A stretch of DNA of 64,000 nt from Oikopleura dioica (taxonomy: Eukaryota > Animalia > Chordata). The notes under the pieces were generated by a model. The model saw only the letters and a list, made by a program, of their open reading frames with translations. It had not been told where the DNA came from and ran no database searches. Where the stretch lies: assembly GCA_907165135.1 (NCBI GenBank), contig OU015567.1:3410001-3474000 (forward strand). Direction: 5' to 3'. Of this stretch, positions 35,415 through 47,040 are shown in pieces (the stretch's first letter is position 1; each line of letters starts with the position of its first letter). The translations under genes were made by a program, and so were the position numbers.

Positions 35415-38210
35415 GCATAAAGTGAACTTGTATCAGTAGGCAGCAATGGTGTGAGCATTTAGTTTTATTCGGCGCGAGTGGGGTCCTTCATTTTGAGGAA
35501 CTGAAAGATGTCACCAAACTGTTTGCGGAGACCTTTCTGATCGTCAGAGGGGCCCTGGGGAGTGAGGAAGATGACTTGGGCGCCCGGATTAGTTTATGCG
35601 TAGCGGCACAAGATCTAATTTTGAAGTAAGCATTAAAAAATATCTTGGTTCATACGTGAGTCGCCATATGTTTGTGGTGGGCATCCATGTAAACATCGAA
35701 CTTATCAATGCATCGAAATGGCGAGCTTGTAGCGTGCCAAATCGCGATGAGAAGGATGACCGTGCTGATGCTTCGCTCCCCTCCGGAGAGAGTCGCTGTG
35801 TTGGCCTTATTCATGCCCATTTCTGAGAGGGCTTCCATGTCAATCGTTTGGTCACCGATGATCTTCGACATGTTTATGGTGATCGCTGAATTATTTTTAG
35901 CAATCGAGAATCAACAATTTGATCCTTTTATCAAATAGAACTCACTTCCTTGGCTTTGGCTTTAAGCGTTGAGGTCGAATTTCTCTGGGATGATTTTACA
36001 CTCGCCCTCGTATTTGTTTCCTCGGCAGATGTGGCTAAAGAAGTGGGAGACTCGTTGAGCTTGATCCTCAACACTTGTTGGCTATTGAGCTCCGAGAGGC
36101 GAATTCTCACTGCAGCTTCTATCTTCCCAGTGGCCTGATATTTATAAATAGTAAGAGTTAAAAAATAAAACCGACGATTTGACGAGCCTTGAGATTTGGC
36201 TTTTTCTTCTTGTAGGTCTCGGCTGCTTACTCCGCGGTTCGCTTGATGTCTTCGTAATCCTTGTCGGAGCTCTTGACATTGATTTTCAAGTCACGAGAGA
36301 TCTTCTCCCGCTCGTCAGTCAGCAGCTTTTTCGTAAGCGGTTTGGTTGGGCGCTCGCAGTGGCTTTCCGCGATTTGAATGGCGTTTTCAGCTTCCTTCTT
36401 CCATTTCTCCACGTCAGCCTTTTTCGCGACGATCGTATCTTCGACTTCTTTCTTCGCCAGCTTGATCTCCTTCAGTTCCTTCTCGATTTTCCTGGCGTCA
36501 TTTTCCCTGCGAAGTTTTCGTGCTTCTAGGGCCACAAGCTCTTTTGTCGAGCATTTCTCCCTCACGAGCGCAAACCTTTTTTCATCAATCTTGCGTTCAG
36601 CGTATTCCATTCTTTCTTCGATGCCTACAAGTTGATCTTTCTTCGCATCGGTCTCTGCCTGGCTGTGATGAATCTCGGTCATCAACTGCGCATGACGGCC
36701 GTCAGTATTGACAACGAGTTCTCGGAGCTGCTTCTCAAAATGCTCATCTTTCCTCATGCATCCCTTGATCAGATTATCTAAGTTTGCACGAATCTGCTCC
36801 TTCTTTCTTTTAACGTCCTTCTTTTCGCCAGCTCTTTTCTGCCATTTTTTGAAATCATTCTGATAGGCCTCGTGCTCCCGTTTCGCTTGTCCAAGATCCT
36901 AAAAATATCGTGTTTGAGCACTTGTTAGTCGACTACTGATTGCCAATCAGTGATTGGTAATAGACAAACTAAAAAAGACAAATTACCCTTGCATTCTTGT
37001 CGGTGATACTCTGGAAATCATTGGACTCGCACAGATAACGCGCAACGAGATCGTTACTTCCTCCACTGATACCAGAACGGTACTTGAACTCGCCGCCTTT
37101 CGTGGTAAGCACACTCGGGTAGTTCGATCCCCCGGGGTTACTTACTTCGGACTGACCAATGTCCTGAGCAGCCTCTTCTGAACAGGCTGGCTGACACATT
37201 ATAGTTTTACTATAATTAAAAGTAGACTAACTCAGTTTCATCTTGTCCTCCAGAGTGAATACGATGTATCCATGGAGAGTGGTGGCAAGTTGTTTCTCGA
37301 TAACACCGGCGTATTTTTGGTAGCTATCGTGAATATCAATGTGATTGCCAATCGGGCCAACAGGCTCCTTAATCCACCAGTTCCAATCTTCCGGGCAATC
37401 TCCCCGGCGTAAGGACCAAACTTATTTTCTTTCGCCGAGGATCGTCGTCGGATCTCGTCCCTTTCCCGCTCTAACTCTTGAATGCGCTTCTCGCCTTGAT
37501 GGATGGCAGCCCTGGCTCCGTCGATATTCTAGACAATTATCTCCAATTGCTCTCTAGCTTCTAACATGGTAGGCTCTACTTCCTCAACCAACTTGAGTTT
37601 TTTCTCTTCCATTAGTTCACGATTAGCAAGACGCGCTTCCTTCAATTGAGCCTGTTTCTCGACGACAGGGTTGTCCTTGTAAGACTTCAGCTGACGCTTG
37701 CAGTTGGTGATCTTTCATTCAGCGTGAGTAATATCATCCTCCAGCTTTGACTTTAAGCGAAGGTCTTTGTTTTGCTTGGCCTCCTGCTTCTTCTGCTCCT
37801 TTTCCAACGCGCTCACTTTGTCCTTAAAGTCCTTCAACTCCGCCCTTAAAAATTAAATCAACAAAAAGAGTCAATAAAGAAGTAAAGAATAAAGAAGTAA
37901 GGAAAAAATACTTACTGGATTTTAACACGGTCTCGTTCATCCACTCCATCATCCTGGTTAAAAAGGAGTGCCTGTTTATCTTTGTCTCGATCCACGACCC
38001 GTTCCAAAAGGTTCTCGTAGTCTCTCGGAAACCTTTTTTTGGCTTTCTTTAACTGCGCCTCAGCAAGAGGCACTTCCGTCCACTTTTCCAAACTGTCGAG
38101 TTGGAGTTGTCTGGCTTGAGCACTTCAACTGTTTCTCCTTCTGCTCCTCCCAATTATCGCGCATTTCGTTGTAGCTGCTCTTGAGCTCAATTTTGAAGGC
38201 CCTTTGAGAA
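35415..38210 (-). pseudogene. smc6: Captured Smc6 gene fragment (coiled coil, hinge, coiled coil, C-terminal ATPase half) with introns, stops and frameshifts
   Basis: Hinge EPVGPIGNHIDI..YAGVIEKQL..LHGYIV. Signature [18 protein letters not shown]...[14 protein letters not shown] and QVIFLTPQ. No Walker A seen. Confidence 0.85.
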
Positions 38211-38255
38211 GTAAATTTGAGAAGAAAATATGAGTTTGGTTAGTTATTTTTTGTT

Positions 38256-38864
38256 TTATTCATTTTCAAAAGAATGAAAACGTCCAGACTCGCGACAGAA
38301 AGGGCATGTTTTCTGTCGCCAGTTCTGAGCACAGGTGTTACAGAGAACATGAGTGGAATGACAATATTCATAGGCAGTATTTTTCTTGAGGAAGATGGAG
38401 AAGTTGCTTGAATCGAGTTCGTGAACGTAGCATATTTTGCACTCCCCGGTTGCTTCATTTTGCGCTTTTTTCATTTCTTCGTGGATTTCCTTGACTTTCT
38501 TCGCTGCTGATTTTTCTGACTTTTTCTTGAGCGATTTGTTGACTGCATCGATGAATGTAGGATTGAGAATGTAGTCCATGATGTCTTCGAATGTTTTCGT
38601 AAACGTCTTCTTGTCTATGTTTTCGCAATCCCATAGCACACGGACCTCGTATCTTTTTTCTTTTTCTTGTATATTTTTCGTTCCTGGATCACTTCTTACT
38701 CCGTCAAATTCGACTGTCCATTCTCGGTCTTGATTCCAGTCGTATTGAGCAAAATCCATTGCTTGAAATGGCTTTTGAAGAAAATGGTCAACTTGCAAAT
38801 GTCTCGAAAGAGAATTTCTCGGGCCGATCCACCAGCACATTTGACATTTTAAAATTTCTGACAT
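38256..38864 (-). CDS. C2H2-like zinc finger plus RING-HC protein (202 aa), hAT cargo
   Basis: CQMC...RHLQVDH at the N-terminus and CKIC...CHSTHVLCNTC...CPFCR at the C-terminus. Open frame. Confidence 0.75.
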   Translation of the reverse strand: MSEILKCQMCWWIGPRNSLSRHLQVDHFLQKPFQAMDFAQYDWNQDREWTVEFDGVRSDPGTKNIQEKEKRYEVRVLWDCENIDKKTFTKTFEDIMDYILNPTFIDAVNKSLKKKSEKSAAKKVKEIHEEMKKAQNEATGECKICYVHELDSSNFSIFLKKNTAYEYCHSTHVLCNTCAQNWRQKTCPFCRESGRFHSFENE

Positions 38865-39082
38865 TTTTGTTTACTATTTTTGTTTTGATTTGAGAACTGA
38901 CTTTCCGGTTTGAATTTATTGCAGAGAACATCTGCTGAAAAGGTGGCGCAGACTTCCGCAGATAATTTAAACGATGATTTTTTTTGATCTTGATGAAAGA
39001 AAATTGCAATCTGCCTATTAAATAATCAGTGATGAAACATTAATACCGCTTTGAAAGATAAAAACATAAGATTCGGCGAAAT

Positions 39083-39420
39083 CTTAGCGAAAGGGAACTC
39101 TTGGCGAAAGCGAACTCTTGGCGAAAGCGAACTCTTGGCGAAAACGAGAATTTGGCGAAAGCGAAATTAAAGCGAAATTTTGGCGAAAGCGAACTTTTGG
39201 CGAAAATTAGGGCTTAGCGAAAGCGAAATTTTGGCGAAGATTCGCCATAAGCGAAAATTTGGCGAAAGCGAGGTCTCGGCGAAAGCGAATTTTTGGCGAA
39301 AATCGGGGACAAAAAGCGAAAGCGAAGCGAATATTCGGAGTGTCATTTTCGGGGGGCGAAAGCGAAATTTTCGATTCGCTTTCGCTTCGCTTTCGCTTTT
39401 GGCGAAAATCGCCAAGCGAA
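39083..39420. repeat. Right subterminal array (GGCGAAAGCGAA...), inverted relative to the left array
   Basis: Read directly in the sequence. Confidence 0.9.
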
Positions 39421-39432
39421 TTTATATGCCTG

Positions 39433-40008
39433 GGTATAGAGCTCTATCGTCTTGTTTGTTGTTGGTTGTTTGCAAGTTGTTTTAGTTGCTGTTGTTTGTT
39501 GCGAAGTCAGTAAAAAGTCAAGTTGTTTTGTTTTTTGGGTTTCAAGTTAATGAATGAATTTATTCCGAATTGTTACAGTTTATATAGGAGAACAGTGAGG
39601 GCGCAAAAGTGTACAGAGGGCGTTAAAGAGTGACTCTCGTGCACCATCGTTGGGCGTCGTTGGAGAATCTGGCCGTTGGCGAGGGCGCTAGTGTGTGAGA
39701 ACCGAGTTGGTTGATTGACGTCAATTCTCAGGTGAGTAAGCCCTCTTATCAGTTGCATGTGCGTCATTGAGGCTTGGTTCTCAGGCGCCATCGTGAGTCA
39801 GAGCCAGGCGCGTGCCAGAGTTTGGGGGCGCTGTTGAGAGCCCGAAGCATGCGCTGGATGAGTTCGGATGGCGCTCTTGCGCTGAGACATGAGCTCACTC
39901 GGCTGAGTGGATGCTCTTGCTGATTCACTGTCCTCATGGTGGACCTATATGGGAATTTGCCTACATCATGGGGCTTAATGGGGAAATATGGGGAAAGCCA
40001 GGCTTACA
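39433..40008 (-). repeat. 5' LTR, U3-side part
   Basis: Matches 13274-13851 and ends GGCTTACA, followed by the TSD GACTG. Confidence 0.95.
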
Positions 40009-40194
40009 GACTGCTCGTGTAAAGACAGTTTATACCTGCTCTGTTGCCCTTGCATTTTACTTGCTCTTCCTTTCAGTTTGCTTTATGAGGCGATCGTTGT
40101 TGAAGGATTTCAAAACAAGTGCGCCTGTAAATTCTGTTTTGACGATTATGATGATGATGATGATGAGTCATCAAATATTTCTGATGAAAATTAA
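40009..40194 (+). pseudogene. 3' part of the host gene disrupted by the LTR element
   Basis: DCSCKDSLYLLCCPCILLALPF...CACKFCFDDYDDDDDESSNISDEN* is in frame with 12839-13096. Confidence 0.8.
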
Positions 40195-43100
40195 AAAAAA
40201 ACAACGAAAAACACATTGAACACATTCTTTTGAAAAGTGAAAGATGATCGGGATCAGCAGGAAAAACAGGGATCAAATCAATATGTCACTTTTTCTTCCT
40301 CTCGGCTCACCAAACTGTCCTCTTTCGACAAGTCTCAAATTACGATTTGCCATGCAATTACGTTCTGACGAATCCGATTTAATGATGACATAATCGTGAA
40401 AACTACATCATCTTTTTCCTTCAAAAAAATAGAAATATTTTTAGTCATTTTGCCTTTGAACATGAGTAAAGGGAGACGGGGGCCATTGAAAATGTGAACT
40501 GTCTGAGCAGAGATGAGCCTGAGCCAGCTCACGAATCAAATCAAGAAATAAGATCCAACGCGGTGGAACACGTTCAGGGACTGATCTTGTTTAGACGAAG
40601 CTCCATTTTCAAGAATTCTGAATTTCAAGACAAAAAATTTTAATCAAAGGAAAATCTAGCTTCCCCTGAAAAAGAAACTGTTTTTTTGAGGGTATTTTTA
40701 TTTTGTTTTGAACCATTAGATTTTTTCAGAAAAAGCTGTTGAGCAAATTAAATCAATCCGGATGTTTTTTTCTGCATTTTGAATATCCTTGAGTATAGAC
40801 AAACGACTATTCAAGCTGCATAATTCTTTAGATAGATTTTGGGCCTTGCATAACTTTGAAAAAAGCGGAAGGGATCACTCTTACGAACCAAAAATATTTT
40901 GGGGTGAAAAAACGGTTCAATCAAACAAAAATAAAGAAGCAGACACTTCAGAAAAAAGTAAAAATAGAAAAAAAGGAAGAAAAATCTTTAAAAAATTAAG
41001 GGTCTCTTAAAATAAACAAAGACTCTATTTTACCGCGATTCTTTTTAACCACAAGGGGTCAAAGAGGAGAGTCTGTAAAAAAGCGTGTTGTGTAAGAGAG
41101 TAATATTGTGTATGCGTTTGAAGTCGCCAGTTGATCCCCCTTCATCCTCCAAAGATCCGCCTCGCTTATCGAATAGAACTTCACTCCGCCAATAGAAGTT
41201 TTAAATGATCACTTCCGAAAGCCAAAACAACAAGCAAAACTTCCAGAATTAACAAGTAACAGGATCAAAGTCATGCATTGCGTCATTTTTTACCCGTTCG
41301 CTCATAATAAGGTGCCAAATGCGGTTTTGCAGATGATTAGCAATCGGCTTTTGGCGGCTTAGGAGCGAAACTTGCTAGTTTTTTCGTGAACTTTGGATAT
41401 TTGATTAAGTCGCTTTTTGATTGAATTGAAATTACAAATTCAATCAAAGCTATTCTCCATGAAGAAGAGAAAGAGGTCTCAAAAATATTATTTTGAGAAA
41501 AAAATGGAAAATGATCAGGGAATTCTAGCCGCGGCTATTTTCAAGATGAATATCGGTAAAGAAGCTAAGTTATTTTTTTGCCAGGTTGGTGGTTTTTTCA
41601 GAAACTTTGGTCTTTTTGATGATGGTCTTGACAATCCTTCTGTTGTTGGTTGTGATCATTCTTCAAAATATGCTTGCTGGGATGATCTGTGGGAAAATGA
41701 TTTGAACTGCTTGAGCATAATTACAGTAATTGACATGATTTTTGCACATTCGAAATTCGAAATGCGGCATTTCTTCAAGAGAAAACTGCATATTCAATAT
41801 GTCACTTGAACTTGAGAAGATTTCGATTGATAAGACCCTCAGTAAATCATTAATCAGATCCGTCAGCCTCTTCAGCTCGCTGGGAAAAAGCGCAAAAACA
41901 AATCGAAAAATTTCTTCAAGGAAAAAAGGTAATCGAATCCAATTATGACGGAGGAGAGCTGTGAACGCAAAAACTGATCCTATTTTTTAGGTTGAATAAT
42001 CCTAACCGACAAAAAACATGAGCACTTAGACGATTCTTTCTAAAAAGAAGAACTTTCAACCCTTTTTAACAGTCTTTTTAATATATAAACAGTCATTCTA
42101 AAAATTCAATAAACCAGAAAAAAAAACTTGATAAGATGCATTGTAGAATGTTGAAAAATGAACAATCGACAATCAGACAGAGAACTCTTCGTTTCGGAAA
42201 GATTAGTGTTGAAAGCGCTTTATTTGAATGTCAGGCACTCAAGCCGCCTTTCAGATAAAATGCACAGAAACCGGCAGCGCGCTGATTTCACGTAATTCCG
42301 CGAAACTGACTCTCTGGTCAGCCTATCGCCATTTTAAGCCGCATTTTTGGATTCTCAGATTTTTCGTCTCGAATTGAACTTTTTTTTTCTGAAAACTTTA
42401 GCTGTTCAATTTTGTATACAAAAATCATCAAAAGATACTTGAAAAAGTTTTGACAAGGTTGAGGGTAGATTTCCAGGACCTGATTCAGACCACAAATGTT
42501 TCCAGCTTTGAAGAGCAAATCCGACAGCGAGTACTCAAGACTCCTCGACCTCAACGTGTGGAAGCGCCTTTGTCTCCTTATTTTTCAAGCAGCTGCGGTT
42601 GGAAGAGCGATTTTTCTACTCAGAAATTCATAAACGACCAAATTATAGATGGTGAAGATATTTTTTATGTTTTATCATTTCAATGGTTCATTTAAAAATC
42701 GATTGTCTCCTCTAAGATGCTTTTTTATGGTCTTTTTGACTTATTCGATTCTCAAAAAGCATTCTAAAAAAAGGACGCAAAAGTTTTGTGATGCGAAAAG
42801 AGCGTACGATAACAAGTTCCGAATCGATCATCATTTCCGTTCACTTTATTATTTTCTGAAAATATCGTCCACGTGAATCTTTTTTGGTGAATTTTTTCTG
42901 ACTTGAAGAAAATCGGGCGACGAAGCGATACTAGATCAAAAATGCGCCCGACGAAGATTTGGCATTTTCTGTCTCCTAAAGATGACCTGTCCAAATAAGC
43001 GCGCGAGAGTGGACCGGAGAATCACCGCTCAGTCAAGAGTTATACATTCGGAATCGAGCGGATTTCCACTCTTACCGTCGGCTCTCTTTCCAATGACAAG

Positions 43101-44513
43101 TATCAAATTTGAGAATCATCGCTGATCATCATTTTTACGACTCCCGAAAAATTCTTTGACCAAAATCGCCTAGTTCATAGAAATTAAACCCCCTGACACG
43201 CTGAGAACCAAAATTTTGCTCTTTGAAAAATGTCGTTTTTTTTGAGAAAAGAATTCTTTGGTTGCCCCATAAAAAGTATAAATTGGCAAAATTGAAAAAT
43301 ATTTTGGGCAAGAATATTTTTTAATGTAATTCTAAAAAATGAAAAAGAATATTATTTTAAAAAAGAATATCGAATGCAAGACTTTTTTTTCAGTGAAAAT
43401 GCTTATAAGACAAAACCAGCCGGTTTTTTTATTCTTTAAATCGTGACTAATCATTGCTCTCGCGCATTTCTCGTCCTAGCGCCCTCTAGCCCGCTTTCGC
43501 GCTCCCGCCGCGCCGCGTCTGAGATTCCTTCCTCAGCTTCTTTTCAAATCAACAAAAAAAACCAAAGACAACTTCAAGAAAAGTATTTTTTTGCAATTTC
43601 TTGAACTCCTTCATTTTTATCGAATCAAAAATCGTCACAAGAGTTTTGAAAATCACCGAGAAAAATCACCAAGTAAAAAAAATGAACAACTGGAATCAGA
43701 AAATGGATTGCGAAATTGAGCAAGAATCGTATGATCTTAGCTGTGGGCAGAAATTTGCATTGTGGATTTGCTGCAGAAAAAGGGAAGAAGACATTTTCGA
43801 TCAAGGTATGTTCGCCCCGGAAATATGACTCTGAGATAGAACCCTCATTTCTTTCCCGTTTTTGTGTAAAAAAATCGTTTTTGCGAGGTTTATTATCATT
43901 TTTATTGAGATAAGAGTCGCACCTTATGCAACTTAACAAGCAAAAAAAAGAACAAATCTGAGTTTATCGCATTAGCCGCGGCTGATCCCTGACCAAGATC
44001 ATCTGTCATAATGCGACTTTTTAGGCGGGTGATTTCGCGAAAAAATTAAGTCTCAATATCAGAAAAAAGCCGAGGGATTAGTCTCGTTCAAACAGGTTTT
44101 TGAGAGCTTATCGCTTCTCATAATTCGATCTCAAGCTTGTTTTGATATTCTTTAGTTTATCAATCAAAACATGCTTTTTCGAGAAAAATTTTCTTAATTA
44201 AAAATTATCTTAATATATTTACAAATTTTTCGCCTGAATTCCCAATTTTCAGATTTGACAACGGATTTTAATCAATAATTTTTATGAAAAATTCTTAGAC
44301 AAAAATTTCGGTTTCCATAAAAACTTAGAGAATTTCCTTTCCCTGTCTCAAAGTCGAAATATCGAAGAAGTGACCTTTAAAAATTTATAAAAAATAAATC
44401 AAAGGTAAAATTTTTGAACCCTTTTTGACCACCCTTGACCATTCTCAACCATAACCCTAACCTCAGCATAAGCTCTTGCCCCCCTTAAACCCGTGAATGA
44501 ACAGTAAATCCCG

Positions 44514-46065
44514 TTAACCCAAGCCTACTCTTCTAAAAAGCCCCTTATTCTCCCAAATTTCTCTGTCTAATCCCTTCCACCTGTGCCCGTCCTTACATTT
44601 CATAACGCTCCCCCACGAGCCCACCCTTACGATCGTGATAATGGCACTGCCGCAACTCCGAGCCAGGTAAGAGCAGCTCAACTTAGCCACTTCGTTCAAC
44701 TCATTTATTTTTGCGCCGCAGCTCCTTACCAAATATTTGTGAGCACCGCACTTACAAAAATCATAATTATATACAGGGCATCAAGATATTTTTGATTTTT
44801 TCTTGTGAAAAATGGAATTTCCATATTTCGAGTCGAAAAAAATATTTTTTTCTGAAAAATGAAATTTCAATATTTCGAGTCGAAAAAAATTTTCTTCTGA
44901 AAAATGAAATTTCCATATTTCGAGTCAAAAAAAAAAATTCTGAAAATGTCGAGCGGAAGAGCGTTCGTAAAAAGAAGTAGCTCTAAAAGCTTCTTTGCTC
45001 TTTTCGCGTGCTCAGAGATAGCGGCACCTTGAGTAACTACAAGTCGAAAACGCTCAAAAGAAAAACATGACAAACGAGCTTCCAGCTTTGGAAACCGCTC
45101 GTTATAACGTGGATTTTAATTGTAGCTCTCCGAAAAGAAAGATGCGTTAAATGTGTTTCCGGGGATGATGATTTTTTTTGATAAACACCAAGAAAAAAAC
45201 TTATTTTTTTTTTGAGAAAATTGACAAATGAGTCGTTACAAGTAAAAAAAAACTTGATCCACGTGCGTTCTGAATGTTTACAAATCTTTTAGTCTTTTTT
45301 GACAGCTCGGCGGCGTCGCTTTCTGGCATCTGGAATTCTACGTGATTTTTCTCAACAGGTAACTTATCTCGATCCAATTCTGGAATGATAAGCACCGCTC
45401 GCCCGAGTTAATGTTATATCATTCCAGCAAGATTACACTTTTTAAACCTCAAAGCCAACGCTCTAAAGCGTTTTTTAACGGAAAAAGAGGAATTTCAATT
45501 TTCTTCAAAAAAAAAATCTAAAAACCTAAAATCCGTTTTAGGTAGTTAACTGCTCCGTCACATTGGACCCTGGACTAACCCCAAGGTAACAAGACTAAAG
45601 ACGCCTCAAAAGGCTTTAAAGGCTTTAAAACGCGACTTCCAAAAAGGATCAGAAAACGATGACGGAACTAACCGACTCCCTCTTAGATAGGGATCTAGGT
45701 AAGGGGTGAAAAATTACGGTGACTTCAGAGCAAAATCATTTGAGTCGAGAAGCCGCTTGCGGCTTCGAGCCAAATAGATAAAAGCCGAGCGAAGCGCGGC
45801 TATCGTCTTTTTTGCTCGAAGCCGCAAGCGGCTTTTAGACTCGTCTATTTTTTGCTGACTCATCATTAACGGTCGGATAAGAGCGGTATTGGAACCCAAG
45901 CGCCTTCGATTTACGGTGAAAAATTTCATCTTGAGCATAAGTGGATAAGGACGTTGCGTAAACCGCCTGTAACCGCGCTTGGGCTGCGTTTCCGCGCTCG
46001 ACCGCGAAACCGGACTCATTTTCAAACCTTTTTGCAATCACGTGCTCTAATTTCCTTCGACTCAC
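44514..46065 (-). CDS. Possible multi-exon gene, product unknown
   Basis: Several exon-like open stretches on the minus strand (e.g. FERFRLVVTQGAAISEHAKRAKKLLELLLF; LIIPELDRDKLPVEKNHVEF). No recognised domain. Confidence 0.25.
44807..44941. repeat. Three tandem copies of a ~46-bp AT-rich unit (GAAAAATGRAATTTCCATATTTCGAGTC...)
   Basis: Read directly in the sequence. Confidence 0.8.
45750..45834. repeat. Short palindromic element with 21-bp perfect inverted arms (AAGCCGCTTGCGGCTTCGAGC)
   Basis: Arms are exact reverse complements. A related copy lies at 56842-56930. Confidence 0.75.
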
Positions 46066-47040
46066 AGTGCGCCTTATATTCAGTTTTAGCGGTTCTAAAG
46101 AATAAACAAAGAATTTCAGGTTTTTTTTTTGTAAAATTTTCGGATAAAAATTAATTAATTGACACCCTTATTTTTCGATTTAAATTGACGGGTTAGCATC
46201 CCTAGCTAATTGACCTCCCTTGATTTATCGACAATCAATTACAGTCATTTCTCAGCCTTGTTGACACGGATTGGCTATTCGAGAAGACCGCGCGGTGTTA
46301 AAAAACGGTGTTAACAAATTTAAGAAATGACCTGTTCTAGCAGCCTTGCAAATAAAATTCTTAAAAGACGTGTCTTTCGGTCGAAGCGGATAACTCCATG
46401 TCCAACAAAATCTATTTTGGGTGAACAAAAATTGTTAATTGATAAAATTTCCCTTTAGAGGAACTGCAGCCTCCTTGAGGCGAATTTATCTAATAATGTT
46501 GGTTAATTTTTGATACCGTTGTTTTTTGGCTAAAAAGCGAAGTTCGCGCTAAATTCGAAATTCCGCGTTTTATTTTTGCGATCGGGCGGATCAGACGTCG
46601 TCTTCCCGTCCTCAAGAAAATAATTTTCTTTCGCGTTCCAAGGAGATCAGATTAACCACTTACAACAATAATGTAACCGAGCGATTCGTGGACTCACGAT
46701 ATTTTTTTACTACAATCATGATTTTTCTCTAATCGAAAAAAAATCTATAAATTTTTTGAAAAAATTTTTTTCTGAAATTTTTGAAAAAAAGTTTGTTTAA
46801 TTTGATAGTGCCCAATTTAATCTGAAGTGCGTTTCGCCGAATAAATCCACGATTTCCTAACGTGTCATCGACTCTAGGCGGAGGTGTTTACTTTCGTTGA
46901 CTATTCTGGCAGCTGTCTGTGACAACTCGCGAGGATGGGCTACTTCAGCGGACGTTGAACGCTTGTCCACAGGATCTCCCTTTTTGCGTCATCAAGAAAT
47001 CGGCGTTTTTCCCAGACTTCTTCTCTAACGGTTTTTTCAA

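Larger units (their letters stand above)
30952..39432 (-). mobile_element. hAT DNA transposon (8,481 bp) with cargo, inserted in the 5' LTR
   Basis: Perfect 14-bp TIR CAGGCATATAAATT, 8-bp TSD GGTATAGA (30944-30951 and 39433-39440; single copy in the intact LTR), subterminal repeat arrays, hAT transposase. Confidence 0.95.
13097..40008 (-). mobile_element. Env-containing Ty3/gypsy (Tor-like) LTR retroelement, ~18.4 kb without the nested hAT
   Basis: LTRs with TGTAA...TTACA ends, 5-bp TSD GACTG at 13092-13096 and 40009-40013, PBS next to the right LTR, PPT next to the left LTR, gag-pol-env on the minus strand. Confidence 0.95.

Noticed and set aside
13097-40008. Two independent solo LTRs or partial elements flanking ordinary host DNA
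   Set aside because: A single matching TSD pair, the PPT and PBS at the correct inner edges, and exact restoration of the host exon argue for one insertion.
40200-44000. Short ORFs and possible small genes
   Set aside because: AT-rich with only scattered exon-like stretches; no supportable call.
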